Virus record (IMG/VR): IMGVR_UViG_3300047551_002792
Coordinates: 1-25,223 of that record
DNA: 25,223 nt
Strand: one strand, 5' to 3'
Origin: a virus
Lineage: Duplodnaviria > Caudoviricetes
The translations under genes were made by a program, and so were the position numbers. Each line of letters starts with the position of its first letter. The first letter of the stretch is position 1. Below, piece by piece: positions 19,001-25,223 of the stretch. Under the pieces are notes generated by a model that saw nothing but the letters and a program-made list of their open reading frames with translations, was not told the DNA's origin and searched no databases.

Positions 19001-19432
19001 TCAAATATTGACTTTCTGCAAGAGATTACAATTCCTATCAATCAATATATTGTACCGTATAGCATAAATGCTGATCAAGTTCCAAAAGTTGCATATGATT
19101 ATTCATTTACTGAACAAACAACTTTATTATCTAAGGTTGCTGGTGCAGCTTATTCTTATATAAATATATCATTTTCTAATATTTTTAATTATATAAATAA
19201 TAGTAATAGTGAATATTATAAAAAAATACAATTGGTTTTAAATGATAGAGGTGGTTTATTATGTGTAATTAATTTAAAAAATCAATCTTTGAAATTTAAA
19301 ATTACGGCTGATAACGTGGGTGATAAAAACGTATTTATGGGTCGTTTTGGTATTAACGCTTTTTCAAATAATGCCTCTGCATATATAAAACTTTATTTGT
19401 TTGATAAAAATAATAAACTAATTAATATATAA
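16052..19432 (+). CDS. Tail tip / host specificity protein, lambda gpJ-like
   Basis: DLLCEGPIEGLV, IYYNDVPL, PSNYDPEAREYNGNWNGKF, WTDNPAWVFFD, KWELYKLSQYCDDLV, EPRFSCN, FNNSNVKDGAFFYS, GITSRDQARRIGEWLL, LKPGDVIEIKD, GRVV. Confidence 0.95.
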   Translation: MPYNNNQFFVKGLNNKAEYWINQGGKDGPVLSLQSLISNMPGLKLEELVKKIESDEKLYCTDLLCEGPIEGLVDKYGNVLKYGTSTNPKDSDDTILGKGIYYNDVPLIDSKLNKFNFVSSGFEIDYGEEVKNYNYGNYPSTVYKYDQKLYLSEIETIPNIIYNGYFQFIIDETNNFIPIKLPINDSNWYFSNQFTSNFIYSSKFNIKNIVNIISSAKNNCQEFTHKIYNKFCDNISINLTVNSLFNNNENYSASFAIEISEDFSSRRYYCIVAITGFAKSAATISIPIDLNLNSVENNNYYVKVFSLTKKIDPANTNLASVFCDFSVSSVVERILTKGYFVYPYSCTVKTVVSSRHFNSDPNRTFDLKLLKIKTPSNYDPEAREYNGNWNGKFNNFLRWTDNPAWVFFDICTNSRYGLGNGLINESDINKWELYKLSQYCDDLVKVNVPYSESEDSFEMYYTQKNKIYIQKNNRSLEFIKKKYKPVYDTVTDVFSNDSFYESLIFLYDMKNADGDVEKNYKKIIWSVKEVNLFQDGQSSEVSTGGGTHFEIQLINDFGPKSFFETDLTGLLNSFLSTSVNTFIKNSSILSRVSIGDKNTQGAAKAFILTNIANSVKNNTSLYNNILNKNIVDDDLFVSNDDFTVNVNSSINGKCLPRSKNYRDPLEPRFSCNLLIDNETNSLKLLSDICSIFRGISYYKNNYIGTTYDVQKPVVYLFNNSNVKDGAFFYSSGSLEGLYSVAKISFKDQYDNFNDSVEIVEDAELLKNYGVIIKEILGFGITSRDQARRIGEWLLMTNRLENQSVNFSTDLQGILLKPGDVIEIKDQYKNNSTLQGRVVNVDLDDNSIVVDRQLNLNLIGQKIKFIFSNYVVDSSFNGITATQANNIQILELKIKNIDNSTNKVWFDADYNYSDFNKIISSTVFIIDDLNINNNYIYYKIVSISETNNNEYSVFAIKYDSSKYTYLDKNLLQKDNDIINNTISYSNIDFLQEITIPINQYIVPYSINADQVPKVAYDYSFTEQTTLLSKVAGAAYSYINISFSNIFNYINNSNSEYYKKIQLVLNDRGGLLCVINLKNQSLKFKITADNVGDKNVFMGRFGINAFSNNASAYIKLYLFDKNNKLINI

Positions 19433-19433
19433 T

Positions 19434-22400
19434 ATGCCGTTAATAACAGGTTTTAGCTCTATTGGTGGAACTTTTGCTATAACAGGTTTAGCAGTTAATA
19501 ATTTATCTAGTTTTTCAAGATTAAATTATGACGTTGATCCCACTCTTGCAGGTTTGACTGCTGGTAGTAAGTTTGTATCGGGAGTAATTAATCAAAATAA
19601 TCTTTCGGTTTCTTTAAATGTTAAAAGTCCACAAGATGATTTAGTTTATTCTACTTGTTCAATTGATTTAGATGTCTTTTCCGGTTTTAAAGCGGACTTA
19701 TATACAAAAGATAGATCATATATAGGTAGTTTGTTCAATGATTATAAATCAACTGATTTTAATTTTTCGAATACTCAGATTCTTTCGTTGATAAATAATA
19801 ATACTGGAGCGTTATCTGGTTTAGTTTTTTCAGGAAAAAGAGAATATTTTATTGATATAGTATCAAGTGATATATTTGGTAATGAAGATATATATTACTT
19901 TTTATTAAATTATCCTACTGTTAAATTAACTGGTATTGACATAAGAAACACAAATCCGCTAACAGTTTTTCCGTATTACGACAATGTTTCTGGTTTAAGA
20001 AGTCTTAATGTATATACTTTTAAAAATGTAAGTTTAGAAACTGGTTCAGGGCAAAATGATTTTTATAGTTTAACTCCTATTTCGACATTATCATTTGATT
20101 ATTCAGATAAAAAAGACAATTTTAATTTTACAATAGATCCGCCTGATTTTTTTGATAGTTCTTTGGAAACAACTTTGCCGTTTTATTTAATGCTTGCGCC
20201 TTATGATTATTTATATTCAGGTCAATTATATGTAACTTCAGGAATAAAAACCTCTTATTATGATACATCAGTTGTCCCGTCAAAGATTGATAGTATTACT
20301 GGTTATATATCTTGCAGTCAGAATCAGTATGATAAAAATTTAGATGCGCAAGCAATTGTTAAATGGAATGATATAAAAACATCTAACGCTTTATCTTTTG
20401 AAGCTTATGTTTATGAGGATGGACTAGAAAACGCTAATTATATTTTTTCTTCTACTAACCCTCAAGTGGAAGGAATAAAAAGAATACATCATGGTACGGG
20501 CTTAAACGTTTTTCAGTCAAAAACAGGTTCTACTTATTATTCTGGATCAACTCCAATTTTCCAGAAATATGGTAATTCTGGTATTAGATGGCCTGATCAT
20601 ACTTTATTTTTAGACAATTATTCTTCATTTCCATTAGGTTTTTATCCAACTGGCGGTTTATTTGACTATATAACTGAAATTAGGATTCCTTCTGGTTATT
20701 TAAATTATCCAGAATTATATTTTATCAAAGCGTTTGATACCGGAACAAATTCTTTTATTTTATTACCGAGCGGTGATCAATATAGCGGTTCTATATATAC
20801 TGGAAGTTATTCTGGTGCAAGATTTATATCTGGAGGTAGGTATTTAGAGTACACATATGATGGAACAGCTATGTCTCCGGGCGATCCTGGAGCAAATAAA
20901 TTACAGGGCGATGCGCCGTTAGGTTCCAATAGTATTGGTAAATTATATTTAGATTCTAGTAATCACTTAGGTAATGATGTAGAATTTTTCTTGTCTAGAA
21001 TAACTGGCAAAATCAAATTAGAGAAAAAAGATAATTCTCAATCCTATGCTATTTATAATTATGAAAATTATAATTCAAATGCTGGATATTTTGATATAAC
21101 AGTTGATCTATTTAGATCATCAAGCGTTGGATCAATATCTGTAGGGGATCGTGTTTTATTAAGTAGATATAGCGATACGCCTTCAACTATTGATTATGAG
21201 CAAGGCGTTTTATTCGCAAAAAGAATAACTGGAAATGCAGATTTTATTTTATCTGAATTTGAGCCAAAAATTAAATTTCCGATAAAGCCGAATAAAAATT
21301 ACGAAGTAAAAGTACGCGCTTCTTATCAAGATGGTAGTTTCTCGGATTTTTCAGAAACATTAAGATTTACTTCAGGGCAAATTATTGATGTTGTAACAGG
21401 AATAACTACTGGAAACTATGTAATTGATGGATCGGGTTTTACTGGTTATTTTCCTATTTTTTCAGATAGAGATACTATAACTACAGGAAATATTTATTTA
21501 AGCGGAGCAAATAATATTGTTTTTAATGCGCCGCCTTCTTATACAACAGGAGTAGAAGAGTATTTAGTTTTAGAAAATAATATAATCAAACGTCAGACGG
21601 GTGTTGCCGCATCTTCTTATTTTACTGGTGATTTAATTGTTTCAATTGCTTCAGGAAAAACTTTCGGCAAATATTTAAATGGAGATACTATTCCAGCCTC
21701 TGGTAAAACATCAAAAGATGTAATTGAAATGGCTATTAGAGAAAATCTAGAAGTAACAACATCTTTAACTTCTTCAACAAGTGTTGCATTTAATCAAACA
21801 GCAATAAGTAATGTTTTAAATTTCGGTTATACAATAAATACTTTAGGAGCAACTGTTTCAGGAGCTTCATTAGAATATCGTAGGGGAAATGTTGGAGCTT
21901 GGTCTGTTTTATCAACAAGCACTACCAATCCTGATACATATACTCATAACTTAACAGACACAAATTATAATACATCAGGTTTTTATTATAGATATATTGT
22001 TACAGATACGGCTGGTTCGTCTGGTACTTCTTTATTAACAATAACACCAAGCGCTTATGTTGCACCTACTGCAAGTTTGTCAATTGCTGGTATTGGATTA
22101 AATGGATATGAATCTAATTCTAAAAGAGAAAAAGGCCACACAAATTCAACATTAGGCGGAACTGTTACAAGAAATACTTCAAATGTAAATCTAGTAAGTT
22201 ATCAATGGCAATATCAATTAAATGGCGCTGGCTCTTGGGTAAATATAGCTTCGCCTGTTTCAATTGGTCCTGGAACTACTAGTATAACTAGTAGTACACA
22301 TGATGATTCTTTATTAAATTCAGCTTCTAGTTTATTATATCGAGTAAAAATTATTGATGATTATCAATCTTATTTATCTTCTCAAGTCTATTCATCAAGC

Positions 22401-22751
22401 AGTACTGTAAATTTTGTTGATTTAATTTTTTATGGTCCAACAGCAACTGGTCCAACAAATTCTGCTGTTGTAAGGGGTTTACCATCTAAAATCTTTGTAG
22501 ATGGTAGTAATCCATTCAATTTAAATACAAACACAACAGAAAGAATATTTAGTGTTGCTATGCCAAATAGTTTGACTGTTTCTGAAGTTTTAGATTTAGA
22601 CGCTTTGAATGCAAACATAACTGCTAATTATTTACAATCATCGTTTAGTGTAGCTGATTATACTGGTAATTTATCCACATATAATGTGTATACTATGACA
22701 AATGCTATACCATACACTTCAAATCATAGGCATCAAATAACAAGAGTGTAA
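19434..22751 (+). CDS. Large tail fibre/tip-associated protein with FN3/Ig-like domains
   Basis: 1105 aa, Ser/Thr-rich. FN3 elements AIVKWND and PNKNYEVKVRASYQDGSFSDFS. Ig-like YYRYIVTD and YRVKIID. Directly follows gpJ (TAATATG). Confidence 0.7.
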   Translation: MPLITGFSSIGGTFAITGLAVNNLSSFSRLNYDVDPTLAGLTAGSKFVSGVINQNNLSVSLNVKSPQDDLVYSTCSIDLDVFSGFKADLYTKDRSYIGSLFNDYKSTDFNFSNTQILSLINNNTGALSGLVFSGKREYFIDIVSSDIFGNEDIYYFLLNYPTVKLTGIDIRNTNPLTVFPYYDNVSGLRSLNVYTFKNVSLETGSGQNDFYSLTPISTLSFDYSDKKDNFNFTIDPPDFFDSSLETTLPFYLMLAPYDYLYSGQLYVTSGIKTSYYDTSVVPSKIDSITGYISCSQNQYDKNLDAQAIVKWNDIKTSNALSFEAYVYEDGLENANYIFSSTNPQVEGIKRIHHGTGLNVFQSKTGSTYYSGSTPIFQKYGNSGIRWPDHTLFLDNYSSFPLGFYPTGGLFDYITEIRIPSGYLNYPELYFIKAFDTGTNSFILLPSGDQYSGSIYTGSYSGARFISGGRYLEYTYDGTAMSPGDPGANKLQGDAPLGSNSIGKLYLDSSNHLGNDVEFFLSRITGKIKLEKKDNSQSYAIYNYENYNSNAGYFDITVDLFRSSSVGSISVGDRVLLSRYSDTPSTIDYEQGVLFAKRITGNADFILSEFEPKIKFPIKPNKNYEVKVRASYQDGSFSDFSETLRFTSGQIIDVVTGITTGNYVIDGSGFTGYFPIFSDRDTITTGNIYLSGANNIVFNAPPSYTTGVEEYLVLENNIIKRQTGVAASSYFTGDLIVSIASGKTFGKYLNGDTIPASGKTSKDVIEMAIRENLEVTTSLTSSTSVAFNQTAISNVLNFGYTINTLGATVSGASLEYRRGNVGAWSVLSTSTTNPDTYTHNLTDTNYNTSGFYYRYIVTDTAGSSGTSLLTITPSAYVAPTASLSIAGIGLNGYESNSKREKGHTNSTLGGTVTRNTSNVNLVSYQWQYQLNGAGSWVNIASPVSIGPGTTSITSSTHDDSLLNSASSLLYRVKIIDDYQSYLSSQVYSSSSTVNFVDLIFYGPTATGPTNSAVVRGLPSKIFVDGSNPFNLNTNTTERIFSVAMPNSLTVSEVLDLDALNANITANYLQSSFSVADYTGNLSTYNVYTMTNAIPYTSNHRHQITRV

Positions 22752-22759
22752 AATAATAT

Positions 22760-25223
22760 ATGGCTTTAACCACTGGATTACAATTACCATTTGGTATTCA
22801 ACCTGTTAACCCTTGTCCGGTTGACAGTTGGTCTGGTCCATATACTGGTGCCAATGCAGCAGCTGCGATAAGTGCAGCAAATGCAGCCATCCCACAAGCC
22901 ATTCGTTTTCAATCGATGCAGGTTCGATTGATTATAAATAACGTTTCATATATTTATTGGTATAGAGACGGGGTTACTGATTCTGATTTAGTTGAATTAA
23001 ATGCTGCTACAGATTTTGCTCAAGATGCAGAAAGATTGATTAGGACTTTTAATCAGTCTAGTCATGCATTTGTAACTGGAGATTTATTGGGTTTCAATGA
23101 TACTACTGGTTGGTTTAAGGCAAAAGCAGATTCTGTTGAAACAGCTGAAGTAGTTGGTATTGTTCAACATATTAGCGGTAGTAATTTTGATTTAGTTTAT
23201 AATGGCAGAGTAACAGGTTTAAGCTCATTAAATGAGGGTGATGTTTATTTTCTTTCGCCTTATACTTCAGGTGCGTATACAGATATAGAGCCTACATTTG
23301 TAGGACAAGTAACAAAACCTGTGCTTTTTGCTCTTTCGTCTACTGAAGCTAATTTTATAATTTATAGAGGATTTGAAATAACTTCTAATAATGGTGGTCA
23401 AACAAGCAGTGGAACAAGCGGTTCTTCTGGATCTAGCAATGGTTCTTCGGGAACAAGTGGATCTTCAGGAACAAGTGGATCATCTGGAACAAGTGGCTCA
23501 TCAGGAAATACTGGATCTTCTGGAACAAGTGGTTCATCGGGTCAAAATGGTTCTTCAGGTACAAGTGGATCATCTGGTCTTAACGGTTCATCTGGAACAA
23601 GTGGATCTTCTGGTACAAGTGGATCATCAGGAACCAGTGGGACAAATGGTTCTGGCGGATCTTCAGGAACTAGTGGATCTTCTGGAACAAGTGGATCTTC
23701 AGGAACAAGTGGATCATCAGGAACTAGTGGAACAAATGGTTCTGGAGGATCTTCAGGTACAAGTGGTTCTTCTGGTACAAGAGGTTCTTCAGGAACTAGC
23801 GGATCTTCAGGAACAAGTGGTTCTTCAGGAACTTGTGGATCTTCAGGAACTAATGGTTCTAATGGATCTTCTGGCACATCAGGTGGAAATGGTTCGGCTG
23901 GGTCTCCCGGAACTCCTGGATCATCGGGAACAAGTGGATCTTCAGGCACAAGTGGATCTTCAGGAACAAGTGGATCTTCAGGAACAAGCGGATCTTCAGG
24001 AACAAGTGGATCTTCAGGAACTTGTGGATCTTCAGGAACTAATGGTTCTAATGGATCTTCTGGCACATCAGGTGGAAATGGTTCGGCTGGGTCTCCCGGA
24101 ACTCCCGGATCTTCGGGCACAAGTGGATCTTCAGGAACAAGTGGATCTTCAGGAACTAGTGGAACAAATGGTTCTGGAGGATCTTCAGGCACAAGTGGAT
24201 CTTCAGGAACAAGTGGATCTTCTGGAACAAGCGGATCTTCAGGAACAAGTGGTTCTTCAGGAACAAGTGGATCTTCAGGAACTAATGGTTCTAATGGATC
24301 TTCTGGCACATCAGGTGGAAATGGTTCGGCTGGATCTCCCGGATCATCGGGAACAAGTGGATCTTCAGGAATAAGTGGATCATCAGGAACAAGTGGATCT
24401 TCAGGAACTAGTGGGTCTTCAGGAACTTGTGGATCTTCAGGAACTAATGGTTCCAATGGATCTTCTGGCACATCAGGTGGAAATGGTTCGGCTGGATCTC
24501 CCGGAACTCCCGGATCTTCGGGCACAAGTGGATCTTCAGGAACAAGTGGATCTTCAGGAACTAGTGGAACAAATGGTTCTGGAGGATCTTCAGGTACAAG
24601 TGGTACTTCTCCAACAGGTTTAGTGGCATCGAATTATGTAGTTCAAGGAAAATTAAATGCTGATCAAACAATTGCGAGTGGATCTGATGTTTTGATTGAA
24701 TTCGTAGATGATTTTGATCCTAATAATTGGTGGGATCCTACATCAAAAAGATTTACTCCAACTATTCAAGGTTATTATATAATAGCTGTTGGCGCATGGT
24801 TTTCTGATCCCGGCTCTACTAATAGCCAAATGAATTTGCAGGCTAGAAAAAATGGTAATACTTTTGCTATTTCTCAAGAACCGAATAACTCTTCTGGAAC
24901 TGGGCAATCTCTTTGTCTTACGAAAATAGTTTATTTTAATGGTTCAACCGATTATGCTGATTTCACAGTATATCAAAGCACTGGTGTTAATAGAACTTTA
25001 CAATATGGAACAACTTCTGGATCTGGAACATGGTTTTCGGCTTCATTAATTGTTGGAGGAGGTAGTTCTGGAACATCGGGTTCTTCTGGTACAACAGGAT
25101 CTTCAGGAACAAGTGGATCTTCAGGAACTAATGGTTCTAATGGATCTTCTGGCACATCAGGTGGAAATGGTTCGGCTGGATCTCCCGGAACTCCCGGATC
25201 TTCGGGCACAAGTGGATCTTCAG
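22760..25223 (+). CDS. Collagen-like (Gly-X-Y, GTS/GSS) fibre protein with internal C1q-like domain, 3'-truncated
   Basis: ATG at 22760 (MALTTGLQLPFGIQPVNPCPVDSWSGPY...). Translated by hand with no stop to the window end, so absent from the ORF track. Globular N-terminus, Gly-X-Y tract, C1q-like domain, then a second Gly-X-Y tract. Confidence 0.88.
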   Translation, partial: MALTTGLQLPFGIQPVNPCPVDSWSGPYTGANAAAAISAANAAIPQAIRFQSMQVRLIINNVSYIYWYRDGVTDSDLVELNAATDFAQDAERLIRTFNQSSHAFVTGDLLGFNDTTGWFKAKADSVETAEVVGIVQHISGSNFDLVYNGRVTGLSSLNEGDVYFLSPYTSGAYTDIEPTFVGQVTKPVLFALSSTEANFIIYRGFEITSNNGGQTSSGTSGSSGSSNGSSGTSGSSGTSGSSGTSGSSGNTGSSGTSGSSGQNGSSGTSGSSGLNGSSGTSGSSGTSGSSGTSGTNGSGGSSGTSGSSGTSGSSGTSGSSGTSGTNGSGGSSGTSGSSGTRGSSGTSGSSGTSGSSGTCGSSGTNGSNGSSGTSGGNGSAGSPGTPGSSGTSGSSGTSGSSGTSGSSGTSGSSGTSGSSGTCGSSGTNGSNGSSGTSGGNGSAGSPGTPGSSGTSGSSGTSGSSGTSGTNGSGGSSGTSGSSGTSGSSGTSGSSGTSGSSGTSGSSGTNGSNGSSGTSGGNGSAGSPGSSGTSGSSGISGSSGTSGSSGTSGSSGTCGSSGTNGSNGSSGTSGGNGSAGSPGTPGSSGTSGSSGTSGSSGTSGTNGSGGSSGTSGTSPTGLVASNYVVQGKLNADQTIASGSDVLIEFVDDFDPNNWWDPTSKRFTPTIQGYYIIAVGAWFSDPGSTNSQMNLQARKNGNTFAISQEPNNSSGTGQSLCLTKIVYFNGSTDYADFTVYQSTGVNRTLQYGTTSGSGTWFSASLIVGGGSSGTSGSSGTTGSSGTSGSSGTNGSNGSSGTSGGNGSAGSPGTPGSSGTSGSS
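23411..24610 (+). repeat. 9/18-nt coding tandem repeat (GGAACAAGTGGATCTTCA consensus) encoding Gly-Thr-Ser/Gly-Ser-Ser triplets
   Basis: Directly visible. Gly codons stay in one 9-nt register from 23441 to 24610 (1170 nt = 130 triplets). Confidence 0.97.
24620..25055 (+). other. C1q/TNF-like (BclA C-terminal-like) domain within the collagen-like fibre
   Basis: DQTIASGSDVLIEFVDDFDPNNWWDPTSKRFTPTIQGYYIIAVGAWF...RKNG...IVYFNGSTDYADFTVYQ...TWFSASLI matches the gC1q pattern (F..D....FT....G.Y; KNG; terminal FS..LI). Confidence 0.8.
25061..25223 (+). repeat. Second Gly-X-Y coding repeat tract, running off the window
   Basis: GSSGTSGSSGTTGSSGTSGSSGTNGSNGSSGTSGGNGSAGSPGTPGSSGTSGSS, nearly identical at nucleotide level to 24431-24539. 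Confidence 0.95.

Larger units (their letters stand above)
1..25223 (+). mobile_element. Segment of a large tailed phage genome (Caudoviricetes, non-contractile lambda-like tail tip module)
   Basis: Continuous co-oriented operon with H-(M)-L-K-I-J synteny. No host, integrase or sheath genes, so free phage versus prophage cannot be decided. Confidence 0.9.

Noticed and set aside
32-22618. Short minus-strand ORFs (32..415, 10337..10564, 11523..11717, 16117..16302, 18859..19041, 22430..22618)
   Set aside because: All lie entirely antisense within long, well-supported genes and show no recognisable motifs.
23391-24623. Plus-strand ORFs 23391..24374 and 24375..24623 (QEQVDL repeats)
   Set aside because: Alternative-frame shadows of the 9/18-nt repeat. 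The Gly-X-Y frame is continuous with globular domains on both sides, and variation falls mostly at its third codon positions.
23542-25209. Minus-strand ORFs 23542..24525 and 24973..25209 (VPEDPL repeats)
   Set aside because: Antisense shadows of the same repeat, confined largely to it and opposite to the operon direction.
23411-25223. Repeat region as a CRISPR array or DGR template/variable repeat pair
   Set aside because: No unique spacers, no adenine-specific mismatch pattern and no reverse transcriptase in the window. The repeats are in-frame coding triplets.
1-25223. Stop-codon reassignment (no gene ends in TAG)
   Set aside because: Genes tile the window fully under the standard code with no in-frame TAG/TGA interruptions. 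TAA preference is expected at this AT content.

Overview
AT-rich, tightly packed, all-plus-strand tail morphogenesis module of a large long-tailed (siphovirus-type) phage or prophage, read in the standard genetic code. Order: 5'-truncated tape measure protein; tail-tube/distal-tail-like protein; fibre with a C-terminal Peptidase_S74 chaperone; second tube-like protein; duplicated lambda gpM-like protein with a LamG insert; Ig/FN3 protein; degenerate LamG-like protein; gpL-like; JAB-only gpK-like; ubiquitin-like gpI; gpJ-like tip protein; large FN3/Ig protein. It ends with a 3'-truncated fibre (22760 onward, missing from the ORF track) carrying about 130 consecutive Ser/Thr-rich Gly-X-Y triplets and an internal C1q-like domain. 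Most notable: GF[IV]PNF motifs dividing the tape measure into possible cargo segments, apparent internal duplication of the ring-forming tail proteins, strong [ST]-G enrichment in selected structural proteins, and a C1q module flanked by direct repeats. All domain calls come from motif recognition by eye, not database searches.
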